Both the position numbers and the translations under genes were made by a program. A stretch of DNA of 60,205 nt from a virus (taxonomy: Duplodnaviria; Caudoviricetes). This document shows positions 1 to 8,519 of the stretch, one piece after another; position 1 is the stretch's first letter; each line of letters opens with the position of its first letter. The notes below the pieces were generated by a model, which saw only the letters and a list, made by a program, of their open reading frames with translations, searched no databases and was not told where the DNA came from. The DNA is taken from positions 1-60,205 of IMG/VR virus record IMGVR_UViG_3300033183_000125; one strand, given 5' to 3'.

Positions 1-141
1 ATTATTATTATTATTCACGGTTTCAAAGCCTCCTCAACTTTGATCTTTGCGTTTGGGTTTGAGTTAAACTACTGTATCAAATATAAGACATATTGAAGAT
101 GTCTTCAAGTTATATTGATACGGCACAGAAGTTGCATTATG
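1..141. repeat. Terminal direct repeat, left copy (circular assembly overlap)
   Basis: Bases 1-141 are identical to 60065-60205. The junction cuts through the start of the LuxR-like gene. Confidence 0.95.
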
Positions 142-187
142 TTAGGGTTATCGGCGTGCAACTTCTCTTTGTGCGTTGGTGTGTGTT

Positions 188-223
188 GGGGTAGAGGGTG
201 GTTCCTCTACCCCTTTTTATTTT
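188..223 (+). terminator. Intrinsic terminator-like hairpin with the T-tract on the + strand
   Basis: GGGGTAGAGG-gtggtt-CCTCTACCCC followed by TTTTTATTTT. Confidence 0.7.
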
Positions 224-232
224 ATGCGGCCA

Positions 233-679
233 TCACTGTAGTAGGTTGTTAGCGACAGCATCGAACACGGTAGGGAAAACCTTGTTGGACTTGTCGGTAT
301 TGCGAACGTCGTTGATGACATAGCCATTCGGCAACTCAAGACTGTCCCCTGGGGAACGCTCGACGACCATGTAGCAAGGCTTCTGGTCAGCGCCCTTCGT
401 CGTCAGCAAACATGGCTTGCCGAACTTCACGATGTCGTTGACCCAGTTGGTATTCACGTGCTTAAAGGTCTTCATGCTGTCGTCGCAGGGGTAAGGTAAC
501 TGCTTGCAGTAGAACGACCGATAGCTTTTCTTCTTTCGTGGTGTGTGTTCCTTCGGTGCGTTCTGATGAACAGGCTCACCCAAAGCGGCAAGCCTGTCGT
601 TACACACTACGATGAGTGTCCGAACTTCCTTCGCATCCATAGTGGCTACGACTTTCTCAATCATGGTTAGCTTATCCAT
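233..679 (-). CDS. Hypothetical early protein
   Basis: ORF track 233..718. Start moved to ATG 679 (MDKLT), which follows GAGGAG. Confidence 0.75.
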   Translation of the reverse strand: MDKLTMIEKVVATMDAKEVRTLIVVCNDRLAALGEPVHQNAPKEHTPRKKKSYRSFYCKQLPYPCDDSMKTFKHVNTNWVNDIVKFGKPCLLTTKGADQKPCYMVVERSPGDSLELPNGYVINDVRNTDKSNKVFPTVFDAVANNLLQ

Positions 680-881
680 TGTCTGCAATCTCCTCTGCAT
701 CCTGTGTGAAATAGTCACGGGTTACTGTGTCGGCGTTGTATTCTGATGGGTATTCAGACCCAGCATGTAACTCGGCGACGATGTGAGCCTTCGCTTCGGC
801 GTCGGCTTCGTTGTCGGCATCGACCTCAATGACGACACCCTCTTCAAAACAAATAGCTACTCTGTATCTCGGCATACTCAC
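672..881 (-). CDS. Small acidic phage protein
   Basis: YRVAI..VIEVDADNEADAEAKA pattern typical of small phage early proteins. RBS AAGGGAG. Overlaps its neighbour. Confidence 0.75.
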   Translation of the reverse strand: MSMPRYRVAICFEEGVVIEVDADNEADAEAKAHIVAELHAGSEYPSEYNADTVTRDYFTQDAEEIADNG

Positions 882-888
882 TCTCCCT

Positions 889-1410
889 TTACTTTACTGT
901 GATGATGTAGTTGCGACCCGACGCATCACGAAACACGCCGTTGTCTTTAATGAACGTAGCTATGTGATCAACCAAAGCACCACGTTCCAGCGACCACTCG
1001 TGGCCTGACTTCCACTTGAGACCACGAGCATCCATTGCCTGACCGATATACTTGGCGATGGTCTGCGTGAACTCATCCCATTGCTGTCTGCCTATCTCGG
1101 CATCAGCCTTTGAATGTTGCATCTTGAACGCATCGTCTTTGATCATGCGCTCTAACTCTGCGGCACGAACACCCATCTTAATCTTCATAGTCTCGATTGG
1201 ATCTTCGTGGTTGGACTTGACTGTCTTGCGCTTGAGGAAGTCGGGGATGTCTGGCATATCAAACATCTCCGTCTGCGTAGTGGGGTTCTTAGTCTGCACA
1301 GTCTTGAACACTGGCTTGGGTGCTGGCTTCGGCTTCTCACCGATACCATACTTGGCTAACTCTGCGTCAGCGATTGTCTTAGCGATGTCATTGTTAGAAT
1401 GGTTTGTCAT
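889..1410 (-). CDS. Early protein carrying an FtsZ C-terminal-like peptide (DIPDFLKRK)
   Basis: Start ATG 1410 after AAGGA. A K/P/T-rich linker precedes MPDIPDFLKRK. Confidence 0.75.
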   Translation of the reverse strand: MTNHSNNDIAKTIADAELAKYGIGEKPKPAPKPVFKTVQTKNPTTQTEMFDMPDIPDFLKRKTVKSNHEDPIETMKIKMGVRAAELERMIKDDAFKMQHSKADAEIGRQQWDEFTQTIAKYIGQAMDARGLKWKSGHEWSLERGALVDHIATFIKDNGVFRDASGRNYIITVK

Positions 1411-1606
1411 AATCAATTTCCTTCTTGATAGGGTAGGGTTCTGCCAGAGCGATTGCTCTGACCTTGTTGAAATCACGCACTCGAACATTCGCGTCTTTGA
1501 CACGACGACGAACACGTTTCCAAAAGCTGAGTGGGCGGCCAGGAATAAGACCGAACCACTCAGCAGGGATACGTAGTCCCCTTAGTTTAGCGGGCTGTCT
1601 GGGCAT
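1394..1606 (-). CDS. Possible small basic protein
   Basis: Fills the gap between cobT and the 889-1410 gene and overlaps both. The same stretch also folds into hairpins. Confidence 0.35.
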   Translation of the reverse strand: MPRQPAKLRGLRIPAEWFGLIPGRPLSFWKRVRRRVKDANVRVRDFNKVRAIALAEPYPIKKEIDYDKPF

Positions 1607-3761
1607 CACGGCGTCCTGTGGCGATGAGATCTGAGTTGTCAACGACGAAGCGTTCACCTAGCAACATCTTGCCAAGCTGATCCATGACGTGCTTGCTGAG
1701 ATCATCAAGCCGTTGCACCACAACGTAACGTGGGAAGAACTGCTTGACGCAATCATCACCGATGCCGATACCCACAACGTCAACACCGTTGAGCGTCATC
1801 CATTCAACAACGTCACGAGTATGCTTGTAGCTACTCTCATTACCGTAGTCGTTACGATAGGCTGGCCTACCGTCAGACATGGCAATGAATATCTTGCGTT
1901 GCTCTGGGCGTTGAAGCAGTCGGTCAACAGCATAGACCCACGCATCACCGTCAGCGTTGGATGCGCCTGCGGAGTAGGGCATCTGACCGAGTGCGCCTCT
2001 GGCACGTTGCAGTGGGGTATCGAATGACTTGAACATAGTCATGCGAATGGCACTTTTGCGGTGATACTTACGACCAGTTTCACTACGATACATGACGGTT
2101 GCGCCAGCCGTATTGTGGCCAGTGATTTCTAGCTCAACGCCAGTTCCTTGCAAGGCTTCGGCGATGGCGATAGAGCAGTCAGTAGCAAGGCTTATTTCAC
2201 CGCCGCGCATTGAGCCAGACAAGTCAACACAGATAGAGACAGCGGTATTGATGCTGTCATCCATGACTTTGTGACGGAAGACGAGAGGATCAAACCTGAT
2301 GATACTGGTCAGCTTGTTTGTGTCTAGCCTACCGTGTCGCTTACGTGGTGCGTAACGACTACGTTTCTGTGACACCAATGCTCGCTCAAGTTTGCGACGC
2401 ATCGTGCCTATCTTGTTACCCATCTGCTTGAGACGATCACCATACTCAATGTCGCCACTCTCAAGGTTCTTGGTCTTCGTTACCTTGATGCCATCATTGA
2501 ACTTGGTCTTGTCTTTGGGGGCCACTTGCCAGCAGTCAGCGTCACGAGTGAGGACAAGATACTTACCCCCCTCAACACGTTGGCTGTGTATGTCTGCGAC
2601 TACTTTGTCGAGAGCCTTGACCAACTCACCAGTGATGACACCCTTGCAGTTATCCCGTTCCCACGCCGTTTCGATAGCGTCGCTAGACTGTTCGTAGGTA
2701 GTGGGCTTGTCGTCACCAGAGCGAAGGTCGCCACGGCTTACGTCTTGGTGGCTGGGTTCAGTTCCGCTATCTGTTTCTTGAGTGCGGTTATCTGATTGTC
2801 CCTCGCCAGAACCTTGATCGCCAGTTCCAGTAGGGCTTGTTGGATCTGCATCTGAAGAACCTCCAGAAGTTCCTTTATCTCCCTCTCGTTGAGCATCGCC
2901 ATTGTCTTGGCTATCTGCGGTGCGCCCTGTTCTTCTAGTAGCTTGCTCATTATCTGCGGTAAGGTCGAAGTCGATGTCGTTTCCGTTTCCGCCTCCACGA
3001 CGTTGAGTTTGGTAGTCATCTGCAATCCTCTCTGCAAGTTTGTGTAACTCTCTGCAACCACGATACGCGGCCTCAGTATCAATGTCGCCCATACCACGAA
3101 CGCCAGTCTCAAGGTGCTGAACAGCATCAACGATGGTGTTAACCTTGCGACGAACGTCATCGGACAACAGGTCTAAGCATTTCTGCATGGTGTCGGATGG
3201 ATAACCTAGCCGACGACGACCCTCCCATGTGATGGCAACAGCCCCGATCTGGCCGAAGTCAGACACAGCATCGGCAGGGATGTTACCACTAGCGTAGTTG
3301 TCCAAGAACTGTTGGTTGACCTCGTGACTGGTATGGTCAATCGCTTTGGGCAAGCCGTTGTATAGGTCACGGCCACCCATCTCGATACGAACGTCCTCCA
3401 TAGCGTTGGCTAGTGCAGACGTAAGCTCTCGGCCATCTCTGTTCCAGCGACGACACATCTCTTCAGTCTCACCGTCGAACTCGGTAAGGACATTGTGTAA
3501 CATCTCGTGGTTGGCAAAGCCGCCAGTCACAAGACCCTGACGCTTAGTGATAGTGGCGTTGTCAGGTAGTGCAGGAAGCACTACATGCTGGCCATCAGTG
3601 TAAGCCTCGTCGCCAGCAAAGGTAACGGTAGCTTTAGCATTGCGCGACAACGTAGACACAACAGCTTTGGTTGCATCCATTAGGTCACGACCCGAACAGT
3701 AGGCTGTATCTAACTCGCCACTGTCAGGGATGTATGTGATTTTGCGTTGTGATTTTCTCAT
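1587..3761 (-). CDS. cobT: CobT-like vWA protein with an N-terminal HExxH metallopeptidase-like domain
   Basis: AYTDG..V.LP, NHEMLH...NAMEDVRIE, an acidic disordered linker, GRLD, MIDAS DLSGS and SDGRP. Adjacent to a CobS-like ATPase. Confidence 0.85.
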   Translation of the reverse strand: MRKSQRKITYIPDSGELDTAYCSGRDLMDATKAVVSTLSRNAKATVTFAGDEAYTDGQHVVLPALPDNATITKRQGLVTGGFANHEMLHNVLTEFDGETEEMCRRWNRDGRELTSALANAMEDVRIEMGGRDLYNGLPKAIDHTSHEVNQQFLDNYASGNIPADAVSDFGQIGAVAITWEGRRRLGYPSDTMQKCLDLLSDDVRRKVNTIVDAVQHLETGVRGMGDIDTEAAYRGCRELHKLAERIADDYQTQRRGGGNGNDIDFDLTADNEQATRRTGRTADSQDNGDAQREGDKGTSGGSSDADPTSPTGTGDQGSGEGQSDNRTQETDSGTEPSHQDVSRGDLRSGDDKPTTYEQSSDAIETAWERDNCKGVITGELVKALDKVVADIHSQRVEGGKYLVLTRDADCWQVAPKDKTKFNDGIKVTKTKNLESGDIEYGDRLKQMGNKIGTMRRKLERALVSQKRSRYAPRKRHGRLDTNKLTSIIRFDPLVFRHKVMDDSINTAVSICVDLSGSMRGGEISLATDCSIAIAEALQGTGVELEITGHNTAGATVMYRSETGRKYHRKSAIRMTMFKSFDTPLQRARGALGQMPYSAGASNADGDAWVYAVDRLLQRPEQRKIFIAMSDGRPAYRNDYGNESSYKHTRDVVEWMTLNGVDVVGIGIGDDCVKQFFPRYVVVQRLDDLSKHVMDQLGKMLLGERFVVDNSDLIATGRRDAQTAR

Positions 3762-3772
3762 TGATTACTCCC

Positions 3773-5806
3773 TTATGAAAACACGCGGTCAGCCATTTCG
3801 ATAACAGTGCGAGTGCTATCTGCTGGCGCACGATCAGTGATGACAACCTCAAGGGCTTTCTTGAGTGCTGTCTTGCGGTCAGGCATGAGGTCAGACATGT
3901 GTAGGAAATACATGACCAGACTATCCATGCCGCGAGGCGATATAGTGGTGGACAACTCGCCAGTCTTGAACGCTTGCCGAACCTCGACTGCGAACTGTGA
4001 CATCTCTTCGGCGTCAGACTGCTTGAGCGTCGGATACTTGTTGGTAAGTAGCTTCTGCTCGGTGGCTTTGTCTAAGTAGTCAACCTCAATGAACACACCG
4101 AAGCGGTCAAGCGTAGCGACGTTCATGGGGCGGACACCCTGATACCAGCCATACTCGTCACCCTGACCACGAGAGTTAGCGGTTGCGACGAAGCGGAACA
4201 GGGGATGAGACTGAACCACTCGGCCACCGTCCTCTGTAAGCACGAGACCTTTCTTCTCTAGCGCACGTTGGATGGTGAACAACACGTCAGCTTGGCCAGC
4301 GTCCATCTCGTCGAGTATCAGGAACGATGGCTGTTGCATGGCTCGTGGTAGGATACCCTCGACATACGTCGTGACAGGCACACCGTTCTCGACTGTCAAC
4401 TCTTTCGAGCCAACCATGTCACTGCGTTCGATGTTACTGTCGAGGTTGAGACGGTGAACAGGGAAGCAAATGCGAGCCGCGACTTGCTCGGCTAACGTAG
4501 TCTTGCCAGTGCCAGTGTGACCATGAAGCCAGAGGTTCTGACCGAACAAGTGGCCAGACAGGAACTTGATTAGGTGGTCAGGTCTGAACTCGTAGTTGTC
4601 ATCGACATCAGGACACAGTGGATGACGCACCTCGTCACCGTTAGCGTTGCGCCACAGCAGGGTAGGTATGTCAAAGTTGAGAGCCTTGACCTTGCGTCCG
4701 AACACCTTGCCAGCGTTCTGCTGGACAACCTCGTAGGTAAGGTCATCGTCAACGCCAGCGGTCGGTATGGTAGGGACATTGCTTGCAGACTTAGATAGCC
4801 TGTTAACTTGGTTGGTTAATTCCAAGACTTTGGATACTTGCTCATTGTATTGGTCAACCATCTGGTCGAAGGTCAGGTTGTTGTTCTGTTTGAGCAGTGC
4901 ATCAATGGCTGGCTTGAGCGATGGGTCAATAGACCACGAAGGCTTTGCCTGTTCCTGGGGCTGTTCCTGGTCAGGCTCAGTGTTAGTAGTCATCATCTGC
5001 ATCTGCTTGATGGCCACAGTATCAAAGTTGTCTGGGTTGGTGGCATCGCATAGCAGATGGTCGATGGTTTGCCAGTCATTGCCAAGCGACATCAGTTGCA
5101 CAGATGCAGACACAGCCTCAATGAACCTGTCAGGGTCACTCATCGAAGCCATTTTGGTTGCGTTCATCTGGCTCATTATGTTTTTGACAGCATCGTGGTC
5201 AGGGAATTGTGGTGCGTCGGTAAGTTGCGCCAAGCCCTGATCGACTAGCTCTTGGTTAAGTATTGCGATGCAAGTGTTAGCGTATAGAACTTCACTCACG
5301 ACTTTCTCTCCTGTGTTGGTTGGTGTGGGGTTAACCCTGTCCTTGTAGGTCAAGGGTTCGTTGTGGTCGAACGGGAACGGGGTAAGTTCACTGTCTATTG
5401 CGTTGATGAGGTCAATATCGTTGTTAGATATTCGAGCGTGAAAGCCGTGCGACTTGCCACTGCCTCGTCGTTTGAAATGACATTTGCTCTCGTCTTTGAG
5501 CGCCTCAATACACAAGTCTAACCACTCATCTCGTCTGTCGTGGACAAACTGTCCGCTGTGCTTAGACTTCTTGTAGTCAATGAGTGCGGAATGAATGAGG
5601 GACAGCAAGACACAGCGGTCAACACTGTCAATCCACTTGCGTAACTTAGTGCCAGCGGCGGTTGTCAGTGAGTGTCTTGCGTTCGAGTTCTCGACTAGGC
5701 TGTCCCAGTTATCGGCGACGAACTTTCGTAGTAGGTTGCGAGATGCGTTGCCATCCAGCCGCCTGTAATAGACAATGAAGTCTACGATTTTTGCTTTCGT
5801 AAGCAT
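3773..5806 (-). CDS. cobS: CobS/MoxR-family AAA+ ATPase with a long N-terminal extension
   Basis: Walker A GHTGTGKT, Walker B LILDEMD, ATANSRGQGD, ATLDRF, ISPR. Start ATG 5806 after GAAGGGA. Confidence 0.9.
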   Translation of the reverse strand: MLTKAKIVDFIVYYRRLDGNASRNLLRKFVADNWDSLVENSNARHSLTTAAGTKLRKWIDSVDRCVLLSLIHSALIDYKKSKHSGQFVHDRRDEWLDLCIEALKDESKCHFKRRGSGKSHGFHARISNNDIDLINAIDSELTPFPFDHNEPLTYKDRVNPTPTNTGEKVVSEVLYANTCIAILNQELVDQGLAQLTDAPQFPDHDAVKNIMSQMNATKMASMSDPDRFIEAVSASVQLMSLGNDWQTIDHLLCDATNPDNFDTVAIKQMQMMTTNTEPDQEQPQEQAKPSWSIDPSLKPAIDALLKQNNNLTFDQMVDQYNEQVSKVLELTNQVNRLSKSASNVPTIPTAGVDDDLTYEVVQQNAGKVFGRKVKALNFDIPTLLWRNANGDEVRHPLCPDVDDNYEFRPDHLIKFLSGHLFGQNLWLHGHTGTGKTTLAEQVAARICFPVHRLNLDSNIERSDMVGSKELTVENGVPVTTYVEGILPRAMQQPSFLILDEMDAGQADVLFTIQRALEKKGLVLTEDGGRVVQSHPLFRFVATANSRGQGDEYGWYQGVRPMNVATLDRFGVFIEVDYLDKATEQKLLTNKYPTLKQSDAEEMSQFAVEVRQAFKTGELSTTISPRGMDSLVMYFLHMSDLMPDRKTALKKALEVVITDRAPADSTRTVIEMADRVFS

Positions 5807-5837
5807 ACGGTTTTCCCTTCGTAATGGTTGGTGTGTG

Positions 5838-6047
5838 TTAGCCACTGATAGCCTCATCTATCGTGGTGAGTTGGTTGTTAATGACTATCCAACTGGTCAG
5901 GTTGGGGGCGAGTTTGCCGTTCAATTCGGTTACGAGTGAAGCGGCGAGTTGTTCAACCTCTTCGTAGCCTACGCTGTCACCATTGACATCACAGGCATGA
6001 TGGGGTTGACGATTTCTGTCGATGAGCCAGACGCTATACATACGCAT
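5838..6047 (-). CDS. Hypothetical protein
   Basis: Part of the tightly packed early operon and overlaps the upstream stop. Confidence 0.6.
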   Translation of the reverse strand: MRMYSVWLIDRNRQPHHACDVNGDSVGYEEVEQLAASLVTELNGKLAPNLTSWIVINNQLTTIDEAISG

Positions 6048-6516
6048 CTCTCATATCTTCGACTGCCTTGATAAAATCATCCAACTGGTCGAGGCTGTAG
6101 AATATATGCTGGTCTGGCCTTGTGCCTTCGGCCTCTGTCATTCCCTCAAAGTGCCGTTGTTCGTCGGCGTAATACGATGCTCGTATCTCGTCGAGGTGAG
6201 GCATGACATCAATGAGAGCGTTGTTTATGTGGTCGAGTTGCTCCCGTAGTCCGATGACTGATGCTATCAATTCACCGCCAACTGTATGGGGTTGGCAACT
6301 GAACTCGTTGGTCAGCCTGTATTCGATGTCGTTTAGACTACAGGCCATACCATATAGGGGGCTGTCTTGTTGAACTGCCATCCGTTTCTCCATGATTAGT
6401 GAATACTGCGAGTGATGAACGCTTGGTGGGAATGTCGCAGATACCACCCACCCATTGCGAAAGTAGTCATGCACTTGGGCATAGACTACATATCGGAATG
6501 TTCTTACCCGTTGCAT
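6034..6516 (-). CDS. Hypothetical protein, possibly two fused ORFs
   Basis: ORF track 6034..6552, likely start MQRVRTFRY at 6516. Internal GGAG + ATG near 6381. Confidence 0.6.
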   Translation of the reverse strand: MQRVRTFRYVVYAQVHDYFRNGWVVSATFPPSVHHSQYSLIMEKRMAVQQDSPLYGMACSLNDIEYRLTNEFSCQPHTVGGELIASVIGLREQLDHINNALIDVMPHLDEIRASYYADEQRHFEGMTEAEGTRPDQHIFYSLDQLDDFIKAVEDMRDAYV

Positions 6517-6593
6517 GGACACATAGCCCATGCAAGGAAGATGATGACGCATACCTCAACGGCGTAGCGTTTGATTTGCGTGGTGTCATTCAT
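6504..6593 (-). CDS. 29-aa putative membrane peptide (not in the ORF track)
   Basis: MNDTTQIKRYAVEVCVIIFLAWAMCPCNG. GGAG RBS. Starts just after the upstream stop. Confidence 0.5.
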   Translation of the reverse strand: MNDTTQIKRYAVEVCVIIFLAWAMCPCNG

Positions 6594-6595
6594 TA

Positions 6596-6994
6596 TCAAT
6601 ACTCCGCTTGAGTATTTGGTTTGTTGCCAAACTCTGCCTCTGCTTTGCCGTATATTTCATCCAGGTCTACATAAATGACACGCCCGTCGTGGTTGATTGC
6701 CACAGCAATTCCTTTGACATAGCGCATTTTCTCACGGCCTATCTCGTAGATAACAAAGACCTCGCCATCTGCCAGATGACTTGGCAGACGCTTGTCCTCG
6801 TCTATTGTGCCTAAGTAGTCACCATCGTCAGAGACTAGGCTTGGGATGCCAAAATGGTCGTTGGACAAGAAGCCAATACGCTTCTCGTTATCTTCGATGA
6901 TTTGCACATCGTATTCGGACAAGAACTCTTTGAACTTCTCAGGGTTCTTGGCTTTGATGTAATTGGAACGGCAATCTGCAATGTAATCTGCCAT
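6596..6994 (-). CDS. Hypothetical protein
   Basis: 132 aa, RBS AAGGGAG, TAATG stop/start coupling. Confidence 0.8.
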   Translation of the reverse strand: MADYIADCRSNYIKAKNPEKFKEFLSEYDVQIIEDNEKRIGFLSNDHFGIPSLVSDDGDYLGTIDEDKRLPSHLADGEVFVIYEIGREKMRYVKGIAVAINHDGRVIYVDLDEIYGKAEAEFGNKPNTQAEY

Positions 6995-7164
6995 TAGTCG
7001 TCTCCCTTCTCTATGTTATTGGTGACGAGGATTTCTTCTGCTTCGTCTATGCACTCGGCAAGCAAAGCATCTCTATCAGGCCAAGCGTCACCGCCTTTGG
7101 CCTCATACAATGCGCCGCCAATCTCATTGATGATGGCGACGAATGTTGGTGTCGGTATCTTCAT
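6994..7164 (-). CDS. Hypothetical protein
   Basis: Start MKIPT at 7164 after GGAG. ATGA overlap with the upstream gene. Confidence 0.65.
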   Translation of the reverse strand: MKIPTPTFVAIINEIGGALYEAKGGDAWPDRDALLAECIDEAEEILVTNNIEKGDD

Positions 7165-7367
7165 GTCAGCACTCCGTCTGATGGCAATGGGGTTTCTCCT
7201 TCCCAACCAAACTCACTTTCTTCGACTACATGAAAGTCCCAACTGGTGAGGTCGCCACTCTCAACGCACTGCTTCATGTGGTCGAGTATGGCATCGTAGA
7301 CATTCTCACCGACCTCGAAGTCATCAGTAAGTGAGACAGTCACAGGCTTGTAATGCTTAGTCGTCAT
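7161..7367 (-). CDS. Hypothetical acidic protein
   Basis: Coupled ORF with a GAGGA/GAGA RBS. Confidence 0.65.
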   Translation of the reverse strand: MTTKHYKPVTVSLTDDFEVGENVYDAILDHMKQCVESGDLTSWDFHVVEESEFGWEGETPLPSDGVLT

Positions 7368-7569
7368 CGTTTTCTTTCCTCTCTACAAAGATATGAAGCG
7401 ACCACATTGGCGGCTCGTATGGAACATCGCCTATAACTGAACGCCACTCCCACTGGAAGTAGTGACCAAGATGCTTTTGCAGACTGGCCTCAATGTCATT
7501 CAAAGCCAGTGTGCTGTTGTTGATAAGCTGGTTTTGAAGATAAGGTTTGCAGGGTTTGTATTGATTCAT
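7357..7569 (-). CDS. Hypothetical protein
   Basis: Start MNQYK at 7569 after AAGGGAG. ATGA overlap. Confidence 0.6.
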   Translation of the reverse strand: MNQYKPCKPYLQNQLINNSTLALNDIEASLQKHLGHYFQWEWRSVIGDVPYEPPMWSLHIFVERKENDDD

Positions 7570-7811
7570 TTCCATCTCCCTTCGACTGGTGTGTATGGTA
7601 TGAACAGGCACTCGTTGGTGTAGTAAGTGCCATCAGCGTTGTAAGTGGTCGTGCCACAGCCAACCATGAACTCAAAGGCGACTAAGAGTATGATTGCGTA
7701 GGTAATGATGGCGATTGAGATGTAGCCAAGAGCCTTTGCAACACGAACTCTTAGTGATGGTCGTTCGTAGTTGAAAGGGATGTCGATTTTTGTGCGGTTG
7801 ATGTGTGTCAT
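7566..7811 (-). CDS. Single-pass membrane protein
   Basis: Hydrophobic ALGYISIAIITYAIILLVAFEFMVGCG followed by a short Cys-containing tail. Confidence 0.7.
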   Translation of the reverse strand: MTHINRTKIDIPFNYERPSLRVRVAKALGYISIAIITYAIILLVAFEFMVGCGTTTYNADGTYYTNECLFIPYTPVEGRWK

Positions 7812-7812
7812 G

Positions 7813-7911
7813 TTATGCTCCCCAACCGACCATGAAGATGTCGGTTATGATTGCGGTGATGCCCAAGATGGCATCGCCAATTAGCAAGAGTTGGTCTACT
7901 GGTATTTCCAT
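7813..7911 (-). CDS. 32-aa hydrophobic peptide (not in the ORF track)
   Basis: MEIPVDQLLLIGDAILGITAIITDIFMVGWGA with a perfect AGGAGG RBS. Confidence 0.6.
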   Translation of the reverse strand: MEIPVDQLLLIGDAILGITAIITDIFMVGWGA

Positions 7912-7925
7912 CTGAGCCTCCTGTT

Positions 7926-7956
7926 AGATGTGTAGCAGATGTGTGACAGATGTCAA
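7926..7956 (-). promoter_or_regulatory. Candidate sigma70 promoter overlapped by three 11-bp-spaced ACATCT boxes
   Basis: Minus strand TTGACA-tctgtcacacatctgc-TACACA. AGATGT at 7926, 7937 and 7948. Confidence 0.5.
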
Positions 7957-8207
7957 GCAGATTGCTTGAGTTGTGTATCGTAGAAGCGACGACGATAGTC
8001 ATCAACCTCTATCGGTGCGAGGATGTTACGAGACGAAATGCTTTCGCAGATAGCCTCAAACTCACAGGTCATTTGGTTGAACAAGAACTGCTTGCTCTCG
8101 CCATCCATTAACTGTGAACAGGTGACTGCCCTCTCAATCCAGTAGGCGAGAGAGGCACGAGATACTTCGACAAGCGTGTTGGCCATCGGCTTGCTGATGT
8201 GACGCAT
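7953..8207 (-). CDS. Hypothetical protein
   Basis: AAGGAGG RBS and TAATG coupling. Confidence 0.7.
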   Translation of the reverse strand: MRHISKPMANTLVEVSRASLAYWIERAVTCSQLMDGESKQFLFNQMTCEFEAICESISSRNILAPIEVDDYRRRFYDTQLKQSA

Positions 8208-8395
8208 TACACTGCCTCCTTGATTGATTTCCAGTTAACAGTGACGCTGGCATCGTTGTGGGCGTGCCACTCGCCAATGACACGACGAGTAATCCTCTCG
8301 ACTACTACGCCACTGGCGTTGCCGTGAACTGCCTCGTCTTTATCGACATCGGCAAGGAATGAACTGAATGTTTTGTAATGTGTGAACTGTTGCAT
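8207..8395 (-). CDS. Hypothetical protein
   Basis: Start MQQFT at 8395 after GGAGG. Confidence 0.65.
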   Translation of the reverse strand: MQQFTHYKTFSSFLADVDKDEAVHGNASGVVVERITRRVIGEWHAHNDASVTVNWKSIKEAV

Positions 8396-8519
8396 AACAG
8401 CCTCCGTTGGTTGGTGTGTGTAGGAAAGAGTTATTGCGAAAGGGTCATAAGCGTGGGTTACGAAATCTCCCCGACCAATGCGGTTCAAGAAAATCGCTAA
8501 TGTCCAATGACTTGTTATG

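Noticed and set aside
1-141. The 141-bp terminal repeat as a biological DTR
   Set aside because: It cuts through a gene start and its length matches a common assembler k-mer overlap. It indicates circularity, not virion ends.
1587-5806. cobS/cobT as cobalamin auxiliary metabolic genes
   Set aside because: No cobN or pathway genes are present, and a general MoxR/vWA role is more plausible.
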